From: Neoechinorhynchus agilis
Taxonomy: Eukaryota; Animalia; Acanthocephala
NCBI GenBank assembly: GCA_051530055.1
Contig: CM121341.1
Span: 5,868,784-5,932,783 of the forward strand
Direction of reading: 5' to 3'
Length of the DNA: 64,000 nucleotides
The notes beneath the pieces were generated by a model, which searched no databases, was not told the origin of the DNA, and was given only the letters and a program-made list of their open reading frames with translations. This document shows positions 11,201 through 24,150 of this stretch, one piece after another. A program made the translations under genes and the position numbers. Numbering within the stretch: the first letter of the stretch is position 1; every line of letters starts with the position of its first letter.

Positions 11201-12558
11201 TCTTTACGTTGGCGACAAAGCGGAATCCTTAGGACTACAGAATGAACAACAGTCAATTCTCTTGGTTGTCAAAAATCAAATACGCAATTGGTCATGATGA
11301 TGATTTCTGGAGCGAGTAGTTTCTACTTATAAAATCAATATTTGTTTAGGGATTGTATGAATTTTATTCTCCATACAAATAACCAAAAAAAATAGGAATA
11401 ACTCGATGTTTTTAATATTGTTACGTAAAAGGAATGTTACCACAAATCGGAGAAAACCTTTTTAGGTATTTTAACTTTGCGGAACATTCTACAAATTGTA
11501 TTTCCCTTTTTAGCATTTTTATGAACAAACAATGAGTAGTTAAATGCACTTTTATAAACATTAATGCAATCTCTTTTTTGAATTTTCTCCGAATTATTCC
11601 AAGAATAATCTGATCGGTCGCGAGGTTTGTGTTTAAATCTTAAAAATTAGTGTAGAATTTCGTAATGTAAGCAAATTAAATCACCAGTTTAACACGAAAT
11701 CATGCAACAGTTATTCTAGGGATTGTTTTTTTGTGTTAAAAATTGGTGCTTCCTATTATACTGTTCCTCGCCAGAATTCAATCTATGTCGTTGGTTGCAA
11801 CAACAAAATCTTTAATTTAGCTCTTGTTTTGGACATCATTGAGAATCTTAATATTCTATTCGGAATATAATTAAGTGCAACGAGACTTCTTTATTACATG
11901 GCAACGAATTGATTATGGCATAAAACCCATAGAAAGTAGAATAATATCGTACGGATAAATACATAACACCAATGGTTCAATGCAGTTCAATTGCGAGATA
12001 AACCCCGGCCAGTAGAACGGCGAGGCCGAAATGGAAAATATGGAAATTTCATTTGATGCTAAACGCATTCTACATGATAATATTTCATTATCGAATTTCT
12101 CTTATGAACATCAATTGAGCCTGAACCAGTTTCATAGAACGAATCACATCATTCATCGATTAAGACATTAAAAATGGTTTTGTATATAAATTTGCTCGTT
12201 GTTCAATGCGTTCAAATGTATAAACATTCAGCGTCAGTTGCGGAATTGAGAGGACTTTTGTTGTGAAAATCGTTTATGCGATCAAAAAGCGTAACTACAA
12301 AAACAGAGTATAATTTTTACTGAAGAAGAGCTTTTAGTGGACACGATGTCGGGAAAAAATCTTGGTCGTAAATATTGAGCAATTTACACGAAAAACTAAA
12401 TTCATGAAGCCTAGGAGAAAAAGCTTCGAAAAGATTATAAAAAACTAGAACTTTGCTTTCCTCGGACGCATGATCGTTTGATAGGAGCTTACCTTTAATA
12501 CTAATGGCTTGATTAATTAAGAGAAAAAAATCAAATTTACAAAAACATAAGTGGTTTT

Positions 12559-14250
12559 TCATGCATATTGACGAGTCAGTTTCATTATAAGGATAAAGTT
12601 GATCGCTATTGAAACAAATAGAACGATATAAGTGACCGTGAGTGCCGTATAGATGGGATCGAATCGATTGCACGACGTTTCCGTTATTTTGCTGTCTTGA
12701 ACGTTCCTCGTTGAGACGGGCGATGTCTCAGTAAAGAAGCCGGTTGTTGGTTCAATTCTTTGAGTGTGTTCATTGGTCGTTGTTTTCTCCGATGAACACG
12801 GCATCTCGTGACTCGTTTCAAGATGAATCGTTGTGACTCGGGTATGATCGGTAGTGAAAAATTCCTCACTTTCCGTAATGTCGTCTTCATAAATAAGGAG
12901 ATCTTCCATTGAGGGGTACTCTAGGTCGTATTGGTAATCGTCGATCTTCACCGAAGAGCTGCCGCACTCGGCCAACATGTCAAGACAGAACGGAACAGTG
13001 CTTTCGATTTCATCGATCGTTAAGTTTCTATAACAAACTGGTGCAATGTTCATGAATTTGCCTCGACCATACCGATTGTGTAGAATGTATACGGGACAAG
13101 TACAACTTGCCTCGTAACCTAATGAAATGAGAACATCCCTGGGGAATGATGCTATTGTGCAAACGTGATTCGAATAGTTTGATACTTTTTTTAATTCGTA
13201 CATTATCAGCATCGATCTATTGGAAACTGAGCTCCTTTAAAATGAACACTATTCACATCCACTGAAAATTAGATCTAGAAAAACCGCTTTTTCACTTAAA
13301 GTTTTCAATTACAAACCCCCTTCACTAGCCTTAACCGAAAATATTTGGTAACTCTTCCTAGAAATTTTCGATTGAGTAAAATAAGACAAAGTCCCCCCCC
13401 CACCGAAGAGCACGGTATCCTCAGTAGGAACTCCAAGTGAGCTGAACTGTTTTACTGGATTGTTGGTAAGCGTTAATTTCGTCAAAGAAGGTAATCCTGT
13501 AAAAGCAAAGCCACTAACGACCGTAATTTCATTATTGGACAAATCGATTTCATTCATAGATGGATAGGACGTAAACGCATAAGCTTCAATCAATTTCAAA
13601 GACGAATGAGTTACACGAACGTATTGTGTATTATGAAAACCTGGAAAGGATTTGTTTCCGAATCTTTGAAGAGACCTTAGTTCCTGAGCAATAAGAAATT
13701 TTACTTGTGTTTTGTTGGAGAACGTGTACGTAGTGCCATTGAACACATTTTCGTGCTGATCGACGTTTCGATTGTAGTCGATGATGAGAGTATCGATGGA
13801 ACATCCATCGAAAGCCTTTGTGTCCAATTGTGGGTTAACGGCGCGACTTACTATTTCAAAGCGTTTAGTTTGTAGACCGAACAGAGCGAAAGGTTCCATT
13901 GTCAGGTTTTTCGAGACGAAGAATTGAACGGAATGAACGGGACGCAAATCGTAGAAAGCCATCTTTTTTACTACTTCTACGCCGTTGAACGTAATTGTCG
14001 GATTCAATTGGGATCTGATATTAAGTCTCAGTCGATTGAGATGGGAGTAGTTATCGAATTTGAATCGCTGGAATCTCATTCGAATTGTGGGTAAGGTCGA
14101 CTCATTTCCCGTGCAGTGGATTTCAATGTTGGGTGGGATGCATTTGCATTGCGGCAGCCGTGGACATGGAATTCTGTGTGGCTCTTCTGCTGTTCCTTTT
14201 CGGACTAAACGCCAGAAAAGTACAAGGAAGTGCAAAGTTCTGGTATCCAT
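12559..14250 (-). CDS. Single-pass leucine-rich-repeat membrane protein (2 exons)
   Basis: Signal-like N-terminus, CP..C.C cap, LRRs (IDLSNNEITVVSGFAFTGLPSLTKLTLTNNP), Cys cap (SCTCPVY), Thr/Glu-rich stalk, TM segment, very short tail. In-frame GT-AG joins between ORFs 13309-14250 and 12559-13212 are possible. Confidence 0.8.
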
Positions 14251-14749
14251 CTATAGTAAAATCGGCAAAATCGCACTGATTTGTACAAGTAAGGAGCTTT
14301 TCACAGACAGCTTACATAGAAGACTAATAAATGATTAATTGAATGGGAGGATGGAACGTGTGTTCCGGTCTAGGCTCAGTGTATAAGTGCTTTCATTAAG
14401 AAGTCGACGATAATCAGGGGTATCCGCCGGACGCCAAGCAGACATAATCATCGCATCTTTGCATGTTGGCCAATAGACGAACTGGCGATACTAAACGGCA
14501 ACTATCTGTTACTGCCATCATTTAGGCAAAAGAGACGAAAATCATACTCAAAAGGACGCTTTTATGGCTTCAAAGGGCACACTGGCATTATATGTCAAAA
14601 AAGAACTTTGGAATATTTTGAAAAATGTTAAAAGCAAATTGGATGGCATTATGGTCTTGTCAATTTGTTTGGTCAGTGCGACCATATATAAATGAGGTTG
14701 CGTCGTGGCTGAACAACGTCTCCGAAGATATAGACTCAACATATAGGAT

Positions 14750-14945
14750 TTGCCGAAACGAAGACCAGAACGTGCTGCTAACGAACCGAGAAAACCAAAA
14801 CACCGTGATCAAAGTCCAAAAAAAGGAGCCTGGTTGAACCTGCGTCCGCTAGCCTTTATTTGGGACTATCGTCTATCACAATACCTATCACAATGCCCAC
14901 TTCGGCGGCGAGCCGGAATGAAAGCACGCGCGGGGGTCTTATAGA
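14750..14945 (+). mobile_element. Possible very old CRE-like retroelement fragment
   Basis: KGAWLNLRPLAF...RLSQ...LRRRAG resembles the GAWL..P...L.....LR.G segment seen in the clearer CRE copy at 19050-19180. Confidence 0.3.
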
Positions 14946-16074
14946 CTCCTTGGAGAGGAGGGAATAGATTAGGAGAAGAATATCTTTCCATGACAGGTCT
15001 AGCAACCTTTGCAGAATATTAGGATCAATATGAAGAGATAAGCCAACGGATAACCGCGGTTTTCCACAAAGATATCCTACATAAAGGAGGGAGAGACATG
15101 TTGTAGTCGAGAAGAGTATTTAATGACCAGAGATTCCTGCGAGACATCAAACATATGGGCAAACATGGAAAAGCGGTTTAAGTACAACCAATCTCCAGCT
15201 TATCTGATTCACCAGCATATTTCCGACACAAGGACTTTTCCGCGAACTAATCAATTTTCGTAAAAATAGTCGCTCTTGCCCACCATCTCGCCCGATCGCT
15301 ACTTGTACTATTAGGCTGCAATCAAATGAACTTCTTTGTGTTTTTATTCGCTTTTTCGGCTGTTTTTGTGTGCCCTTCAATTCGCTAAAGGAGCTGAATG
15401 AAATTCTTTTTTTTCCATTGATCGACATCGTTATAATGGAAAAACCATTAAAATTGTATCTGCTGAAAGTATTCATATGTTTCCGAATTACCTAACGCCA
15501 CAGAAACATAATAAATGCTTTTAGGGAAACACATCCTGCGATAAACTGTCCCCGTGGTGCTAGTCAAACAAAGCAAAAGCCGATAATCTTGATCATTCAT
15601 CAAAGCTAAGGATAAAGCATTGGAAATCGACAATAACCGAAAAATGTCCACTGAATCAGTTGGGACAAGAGACCGAACGAAAAAAAAAGAGAAAATTGAG
15701 CAATGCGTCGCTCGCCACAAAAAATGTATACAATGCAAACATTTGTTTATACCGAAAAAATTATGCGCAAATTAGAAGAATACAGTTTGCGATTTTATTC
15801 GTTAGAAATGAAAAGCTTTTTTTCCTTCTATAAAATTCAATGGCGCAATAATGTTGAATTATTCAATAAAATTGTGAGCCAATCAGGATAAATCGGGCTC
15901 ATTTTTAAATGTAAAACGTCAATTTTGTAGGAAACAATCGTTGACCTTTGGAAAATAAAGGTCCGATAATGTACAATTGGCGCTACCGTAAAAATCAAAC
16001 GAGGTTTTTGTGAAACTCGATGATCAAAACACAATCCCGGATCTTATCACTCGTTCTTGTCAAACGCAAAATAG

Positions 16075-18702
16075 TCACTTTTTCGTGATAAGAATACACC
16101 AGTTTCCTTGCTCATAGATTTCATCACTCGTTTCGACATTGGTGTTAGTCAGCAGACCTTTCAGTTCTCCTTGCTTAAATACATGATAAAATCTATATTG
16201 ATTGTGATTATTTGATCTCCATGGAACTAAAATGTCTTGTGCTTGAAACGGAGTTCGACTTTCATGAACTGGCAAACTCGTTTCGGTACTCCGATGCGTT
16301 ACTTGAACTGAAGACTTTGCAGCATAAATAGATCGTTTGCCTTCCTTTTCCTGTTCAAAAGCCCACACTGAGATCAGAGCGCGACCGCCAGGCTTCAGAA
16401 CTCTTATTAGTTCCAATATCGATGCCCTTCGTCGTTGCTAAATCAAAAACAAATAAAGGACAAAAAATGAGCTCGTTTTAGTCCGCTGCCAGCTTCCACA
16501 AAGCCAGGAAACGCCAAAGCAGTGATTTAGGCGAACTAATCACTTTTGACCAACAGAATTATTCCAAAATTTTACCATTGCAAAAATAAAAAGGACAACA
16601 ATTCGAAGAAAAAATTGACACTAAAAAGAGATTCACTTTATAAGTCCATAAGTGAATTTCAGCTAATTTCTAGATATTATAAAATACACTCGAAAAAGAG
16701 ATCCATGAATTTAAGAAATTAGACGTTGGCATTTTTGTCTGATCAAAATTAATACAAACCACTAATTTTAGCCTCAAGAGATCGAATTAGAGAGCTTACC
16801 TCGGTGCTAAGATGATGGATCACAGCAACGCTTAAAGCAGCATCGAATGCGTTACTTCTTATTGGAAGCATTAAGAAATGACCGTCAATTTTTCGAGATG
16901 TTTTGGGTAGTATTCCAGAAAAAGCCACGCACCAATAGTTTTTCTTTTATTATGACCTGAACGAGAAAAAGTTTCAAACTATCAGCCTTTTGAAAATTAA
17001 TGGAGGATAAAAATTGAGTGCAAAAAAATTAACGATCATTTCAGTACGCAATCGCCAACAAAAGACTCGAGTCCATTTTTGTTTGAGACCAACTTGCAGA
17101 ATTTTTCACAAACATCGCAGCCTATCTGCGAATGTTATAGCACACAAAAAACACAATAAAAAAGAGTCTTACCATTGTAAGCTTCCTGTTCACCATATTC
17201 TTCCCATTTCCGCAACCGATATCGATTACCAATGAATAGTCAGCGATGCTTTCAAGAAAGCGAAGAACAATTGGCCATACTATTCTCCGAGTACTAGAAA
17301 ACGACTCGGCGATTTTTTCATAGACATCTCGGACGTTACTTTGTTCGATCCATTCGTCAGTGGAAATCGTTTGTTTTGATCGTCTGAACGTAAAAGATAT
17401 TCTCATCTTGCGAGGCCGTAAAATCAAATCGGGCGATGATGTGTTCTTGACAAAATCAACTTTACGGGCAAGTATTCGATGTTTCATGCTGAATCGTGCA
17501 GCGCCGGTCATGACAGCCAAGCTTCTTTGGGCGAGGTCGACTTCTATTGGACGAAAGAGCGATCGTAGATAAAGGAAGGAGCACAATTACCTCTCTTTTC
17601 TTCAATGTGGTATAAAAAGAATTCCGAAAAAAAGCAACGAAATATCCTAAGGCACACTTATAGAACATTTCTATTTTCCAAAACGAATTAAAGTGAATTT
17701 TAGCTGAAGTAAACAAACACCGAACGAACGATTCGAAAAATGTCCAAAAGTTCATTATTCACGGAACTGCCTTAGATCTCTACGACCGTTCCTATTACCG
17801 TCTTGAGGATCAATAAATTCCATTATAATCGGGGATCCAAGGCTTAAACATACTATCTCCTTTCCAAAATTATCCACGGAATCAACATGAGCGGGAATGC
17901 CTATAAGACAATCTTATTTAATCTAATCGACGATCAAAAGAAAACTGACCATCTCCAGGCTCATAGCAATTAATTGTCAACTGGTTCGGAGTTTCCGAAA
18001 TATATCCGTTCAATTTTGCTCTTTCAATTAATTGAATACACAAATTCGGAATTTGATTAGTTATCTGTCCCGCAGAATTATTTTGGTAATCGAATACTCG
18101 ACCAAAATGAATAACTTTTCTATTTTGAAGCTGTGAATATCCTACGATGCATTGGATTAAATCACAACCAAAAAAGAGAAAACTGACTACTTACCACCAG
18201 CTTCGATTTGTTCGTTCACAATATCAACTAATCGATTCTCTTCAACGTCACTGATAAAATCTTTTACGTAAATAAGACCTTGTGGGATATTGACTTGTTC
18301 TGAGGAATTTTTAAGAGATGCAAACGACGAATTAGGAGCGACGAATGCAACCAAGGCTCTAATCAGTCTTCCATTTGATTCAAATAACATTCCGTTCGTA
18401 TTGCGCTGACCTTCCACTGCTCCATTTTCATCGACGTATTCCACTAGGCAGTACGGACGATCCCGGTGGCTATTTACTCCTTTTATTCGGCCATAACGAG
18501 AGAATATTTCATGGACTTGCTGAGATTGAACACCGTTCTCAAGACCACCATTGCCTACTATCAAAACCTATTTGCTCAATTCGTTCATTTGTAAACATAA
18601 AAATGGTTTTACTTTCGATTTCTGTTCGATCAACTCAATCGAATCCAGTCTCTTTGCGAGTGAAGATAATTTAAGCAGTCGTCGCTTGAGCTTTGATTTC
18701 AT
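16075..18702 (-). CDS. ALKBH8: ALKBH8 tRNA wobble-uridine methyltransferase/hydroxylase (RRM + AlkB + SAM MTase), multi-exon
   Basis: VGNGGLENG RRM, RKVIHFG, QLTINCYEPG, GIPAHVD, RISFTFR, IDIGCGNGK, SVAVIHHLSTE, LIRVLKPGGRALISVWAFEQ, RFYHVFKQGEL; canonical GT-AG introns. Confidence 0.95.
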
Positions 18703-18794
18703 CTCGGAAAAAAGAATAAAAATCTCAACATAGATCGATCAATGAATATTTCCGTGCATTAAATCGGGCCGATCGCCACCAACTATACATAATA

Positions 18795-19590
18795 ATGAGA
18801 GACGTTTGAGCTACGGGCGTTAGTAGACCTTGCCAGCCTTTCTTGGATCGTATGAGGGGGTCAACCGATAGCGAAGAAAATTCCGAAGAAAAAGTTCTGT
18901 CTTGACCAAGACTTTGTGGTGGCAGTTGAAGAATGGTGCCAGCAGACAGGCGCTAACCATGTTCCCGTGAATGGCCTCAGATAGTAGATCTGGGAGAGAC
19001 CTCTCGTCGCGAGAGCTCACAGCTCTCTACTTTCAGGTTCTCGCGATGGGGTCGTCCGAGCTAGATTGTTGGCAGTTTCGACACGAGAATCGGGGGCGTG
19101 GTTGGAGGCTGTTCCTCTGGCATCTCTGAGAACTCTTCTCATTGATGAGGTAACGAGGATCGCAGTGTCCTTAGGACTTATCGCTGTCGATGTGGGTCAT
19201 TGGTTGATGCTTTCGGTCGACACGGTTTCGTTTGCCGAAAGTCAGGAGGAAGGTTCTCCCGCCATTCTGAGATCAATAACGTAATTTCTCGGGCGTTGAG
19301 AACGGTGAACTTCCCCAACATTTTGGAACCCGTCAATCTTTGTCGATTAGACAGCCGTCGACCTGACGGAATTTCACCTTCTCCGGGATGCCACGTCCGA
19401 CCCACTATTTTGTCCCCTTCGGACTAGAGACGTATGGAGCGCTTGGCAGCTCGGCACTCTGCGCCAGGATCTCTCGAATAAATTGAGAGAAACGACCGGA
19501 GAGGCAAGAGCAGCTGTATTCCCTTCGACAAAATATCTCGCTCGCAGTACAACGAGACAATGTTGCTAACGTGATGGCGACAGCCGAGGA
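18795..19590 (+). mobile_element. Decayed CRE-clade non-LTR retrotransposon 3' portion
   Basis: RARLLAVSTRESGAWLEAVP, GRHGFVCRKSGGRFSRHSEINNVISRAL, LEPVNLCRLDSRRPDG, RQNISLAVQRDNVANVMAT; stops and frameshifts present. Confidence 0.85.
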
Positions 19591-20831
19591 AGGAGAGAAG
19601 CTACGATTTTGTGGACAGTGGAGATTAAAAAATAAAAACACACTCAATGTTCAATTGCAGAATGTTGATTTGTTCAGAATAAAACCTATATCGATATTAT
19701 CGAAAGCTTTGCAGATATCCAATGAAATTAAAATGTTCATAGCCAGTCGGTTAATGCTAAAATTACTAATAATCTAATGCATAGCTCAGTGTTCAGATTT
19801 GCCCGCAATAAACCAGTGGCATCTCCCATCAATGATGTTGAACTCGACTGAGAAAGCGGCAATTCGTTTAGCAAGGACTCTTTCGTAAATTGAGACCGCA
19901 GAATTTTGGATAGAAATGAGCCTTACATCCCCTGGAGAGGATCCCTTTCTGCATTTCTTTTCGCAGAGAAAAATTCTCAGAAATTAGAGAAGCTACGATT
20001 TTGCGGACGGTGGTGATTGCAGGTTTTGTGCTTTATTGTAAAGCCAGCGAACCAATCGAAAGAGGCTACAGAGACCGAGTTCGAGTACAAAAAATTATAG
20101 ATTAAAAGGAGCATTCAAACGAAAACGGAGTCCTAAACGGGATTTTTGCGCCGATATATCAAATTAAAGAAGAAAGTTTTTTGCCAATGCGAGTTTGAAA
20201 TTTTATTTAAAAGACGAGTATAAATTAACTTTTTATACCCGAGGCCACTAATCGATAGTTTAAGAAAAATAAAGAATGGAAAGCGAAATTCCGAGAAGTG
20301 GATTTAAAAAAGTGCGAAATTAATGTCGTCATCGTCTGGCACAAAACCGATTGCGTTATTAAGAAAAACTCATGAGACTTTTTTTAAGTGAAAAAGATGT
20401 TCAAATTAAAATTCATTACGGGAAAAGGAGCAAAACTTCAAAAAGCTTATTAAAAAATTGGATATTATGAACGGCACATTAAAAAAAAGAAACTTGTAAA
20501 TAATCCCAACTCTTACTCGTCAGAGTGACGTCACATAAAGACCAAGACGCGAATAATTCTTCCGTGGTCAGGAATCGGTCACCTTTGTCTTCTTTTTCAC
20601 TGATCGTTAAATGGTTCTTTAAAGTTTGCTCAGCTTTAAAGGCGGACATTTTCCGTGTCCTTTTTTTCCAAGTTCTCAGGATGATTTCTATTTTTGTATC
20701 GATTTCATAAAATGCGAAACTCTACGGTTAGGAGAAAGCATTTTCTTTAGCGTGAAACGAGAACCTTATTTCTTTCGGCACATCAAAATGCACTCGAAAC
20801 CTAAAGGAAGATTTCCTTATATTTTCGGTTG

Positions 20832-21522
20832 ATGTATTTGACATTGATAAGTATTTTGGCATCGGTTTTGAGTGTTGCATTTGCCTTATTGAGTCTTCTG
20901 AGTGGACTTTACTACATTGCTGAGCTAATTGAGGAATATCAGAGTTTGGCGAAGTTGCTGATCCGTCGGACTCATGTCTCAATCTTTATATTGAATATTC
21001 TGCTCGTATTTGTACGTGCGCGATTATCGATTTCGTTATCTTCGGCGAAAAAAAATCGATACGTGTATTGAAGAGCGTAGTTTTCCATGGCATCTCATTG
21101 TACTCGGATGCGTTTGCAATGCGATCTACTTCAAAATGTTGGCTAACTATCCGAGCGTCGAATTTCTCAGCTTTCATTTCCTGACTGCTTTAGTGCTTGT
21201 TTTCTTGCACCATTTAATGGCCGTTCGTTTTTTTGTTACCACCGAAACAAGCAATCTATTCGAAATGTTCGGATACCTCGTCTGCTTCGTCTGGCTGATG
21301 CCTTTGTTGTTCGTTGTATCTCTGTCTGCCAATGATTACGTTTTGCCTACCACTAATCTGCCACAAGACGATCCACTGGATTCAACTGGTTCAATCGATA
21401 TCGTCTCTCATTATTTGTCGAAGCGAAACCGAAAACTCGGACTTCTTCATGCAATCAATCGGATTCGGGAACGAGCTAAACTCCTTATGGGAATCGTGCC
21501 AATTGATCAAAAACACTACTGA
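20832..21522 (+). CDS. TEX261: TEX261/Svp26 ER-Golgi cargo adaptor (copy 1, 2 exons)
   Basis: SGLYYIAELIEEY, HHLMAVRFF, CFVWLMPLLFVVSLSANDYVLP are TEX261/Svp26 signatures. Confidence 0.92.
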
Positions 21523-21925
21523 GCACTTTGATCTTGTCTACTTTTCAAAATCTTTTATTAGGACGCCTCTTTTGTGTGGAAGTCAACGAAACCTTCGGAT
21601 TTTGGCGATTTTGTGCTCGTTTTTTTTCACTAGTTTTCTCCTTTAAGCGCAATTGATCGGATTTTCGGAAAAAGATCACAAATACCATGATGATTTTTGT
21701 TGTTCGAATTAGTTTATTCGTGGCGATTATTAGTTGTTGCGTTTTTTTCACTAATAAGTGGTGATCGAAAAAGCAGAACCGGGTTTTTCTTTAGAGGAAA
21801 AAAGCTTTCTCGTTTTTTTAAAGAGAATTCAGTTTTAAATGTGGATTGTTCCCACGTTAACGCATTCTCTATAAAATTTCTATGATTTACACTGCTCCTT
21901 TTTTTTCTCGCTGTAAACAGTGAAG

Positions 21926-23737
21926 TTAAGCGTCATCTTTTGCATAGGCAAAACTCCACACTTCGACGTGGAGTATTTGGAATTCGATTCCTCGTTCGGT
22001 CTTTTCTCCCATTTTCGTCAAAAAATCGTTTGAGTAAGTTTCGCACTTGTCCGTGCTGCCGTGTCTCAGTGTCTTGTCTAACCACAATCCATAAGAACCT
22101 CTGTAAACGCTTAAAGGAATTGTAAACGTAGATGTTTTCAGACCTTCCGGACCCGAATCCGAATCCATGATTGTCACAATGAATGAAAAATTCGTTTTCC
22201 CCCGTCCAACAGTACGCCTAGAAGGCTAATAGTTATTTAAACATTTAAATTATCGAAACCCACTTTAACGCAGGGCTCGACTGAGAACAGAAGAGACTCC
22301 CCAGTACCAAAAAATCCTGCTTGAGGATGCAAATTGGCTGAAATGAGTGCACCGAATACCTTTTTTTTAAAGTGGTTCATTTTAAAGGAACAAGGAAAGG
22401 AGCTTACGTCTTTGGCGGTTGAAATGACGAAAATCAAATTATGGCCATCCTCATATTTGGCCATTTTCCGGTATAGCGTTGGAGCGTGGTATCCATCGAG
22501 GTTTGTGGAGAACACGAGTTCAGCGGGCTTCCGTCCGTAGACTAGAAAACTGGGCAAATGTCGGCACAACTTAATAATATCGTATTTTGAAACAATTGTG
22601 CTTTCGCCCGAAAGGAGATCATTTTTTTCGAGTTCGATTTTTTCATCCTGTTTGGGAGCATCTCGACCAATTTTGGACACCTCATTCTTTTTCACCAACT
22701 AATTACAAACGAATAGACAAATATAAGAAATAATGGAAAGACGCTACCTGCCAATCGATTTCGTACGCTTTTCCATGGTGCCACTTGATCTCGTTAGTAC
22801 AACGTTCAAAAAACAAGATTTCAGATTCGCATTCAGCCGTACACTTCTTGAGAAATAGTCTCAACGCGTCGGAGCTACTCGTAAGGCTAACTAAGAATGC
22901 AAAAACACACCATTTACCTTAAAATGTTGGTTGAAAAGACGATTGGAATGTCCTCTTTGTCACTCAATTGATGAAAACTGATGACTCGTTCGGAAACAGA
23001 TTCGTCCAAACTCCTACGGATCTCCATATTCTCTAATGACTTCCAAGATTTCTTCGTCGCAACTCTCGTAGACATCTCATTTTCCATTGAATGCCGTCTC
23101 TTTTGGTTTATCTGTATCCGTTTGTAGCTCGTAACTGATTTAAGGAGATTTAACTGGAAAAGAAGTGAGACCCGTTGAAGGCCAGCGGTCAAAACAACTC
23201 TGTCGAGCTCTTAGAAACACAAGAATCCCGTTGCCTCTAGGAGCTGGTTTACATTGCTTATCCGAAACGTCCATTACGGTGTGCTCATCAAACATAAGAA
23301 CGGACGGCGTCACAACAACGGTTCCGTTAATTGGAACAAATTTTGGTCGATCGATTCGGTCATTCCAACAAAGACAAGCCTTGAATTTAAGGAGACGAGA
23401 TGCCATCAGGTCCGATCGCTGCGTTCTTATGGGTTCATCAATACGTCCCAGTCCCTCATCCGTTTGGGTGCTACAAACTCGAGGGATTTTTAAAATCTAA
23501 AGCGTTCGTGTATTTTCGGACGACCGAGACTAAACAGTAGCGAACCTTTCCAGGAAATATTTCAGTCGAAAGGAGCTTGTTTAATCGCTTAATTGCCCAA
23601 ATATCGGTGTCGAAGTGAATGGCAATCCGCTGAAGGGAATCGCCTTCTTTAACCTCATAAAGTTTCTCAATCTTTAAGTCGAAACCATTCACAGTACTTA
23701 CTAAATATTCCACAACGTCTTCGATCGAGTCCGTCAT
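21926..23737 (-). CDS. OXR1: OXR1/NCOA7/mustard-type LysM-GRAM-TLDc protein, multi-exon
   Basis: LysM YEVKEGDSLQRIAIHFDTDIWAIKRLNKL; GTVVVTPSVLMFD; TLDc FSTNLDGY, VFGALIS, FFGTGESLLF, GLWLDKTLRHGST..CETY.N, VEVWSF. Paralogue identity is approximate. Confidence 0.85.
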
Positions 23738-24010
23738 GGTAGTTGGGGTCTCTGAAGCGCGCCGTCGTAGCAAGATTAAAAAATCGCCAAATAGAAACAA
23801 AACAAGCGGGATATCTTGAGTCATTTTTTCAAGACAATGAATGTTGCACGGTGCAACGTTGGTGGCAAAATGATTCCTTCTTTTTTAAATTAAATCAAGA
23901 AAAGCTAATCAACATATCGAAGTGTTTGAAGATTAAAATGTTCATATTTTGGTTGTTTTATATGGCGCTTAGAGAAACTAAATGACGATTTTGGTTTTAA
24001 AATCTACGAT

Positions 24011-24150
24011 TGGTTTCGGAAGCACACAATCTTGTTGTTCGCCTTCGTTTGATCAAGGTTGTTAAAGTGTTATATCTGCGGACGTTCAAGTACGAATAAA
24101 AACCTTGATCAAACGAAGGCGAACAACAAGATTGTGTGCTTCCGAAACCA
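24011..24150. repeat. Perfect 50-bp inverted repeat with 40-nt loop
   Basis: 24011-24060 is the exact reverse complement of 24101-24150. Confidence 0.97.

Larger units (their letters stand above)
18491..21921 (+). repeat. Left arm of 3.43-kb inverted duplication
   Basis: Reverse complement of 25379-28809; mirrored ORF track with coordinate sums of 47299-47300; roughly ten differences seen by eye. Confidence 0.98.

Noticed and set aside
13212-13400. Apparent stop or frameshift in the LRR gene
   Set aside because: At least two canonical GT-AG combinations join the exons in frame.
15147-16034. Possible gene downstream of ALKBH8 (minus strand)
   Set aside because: Acceptor- and donor-like sites exist, but I could not build a coherent ORF or recognise a family.
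20526-20533. TGACGTCA (CRE/ATF site) upstream of TEX261
   Set aside because: A single 8-mer without supporting evidence.
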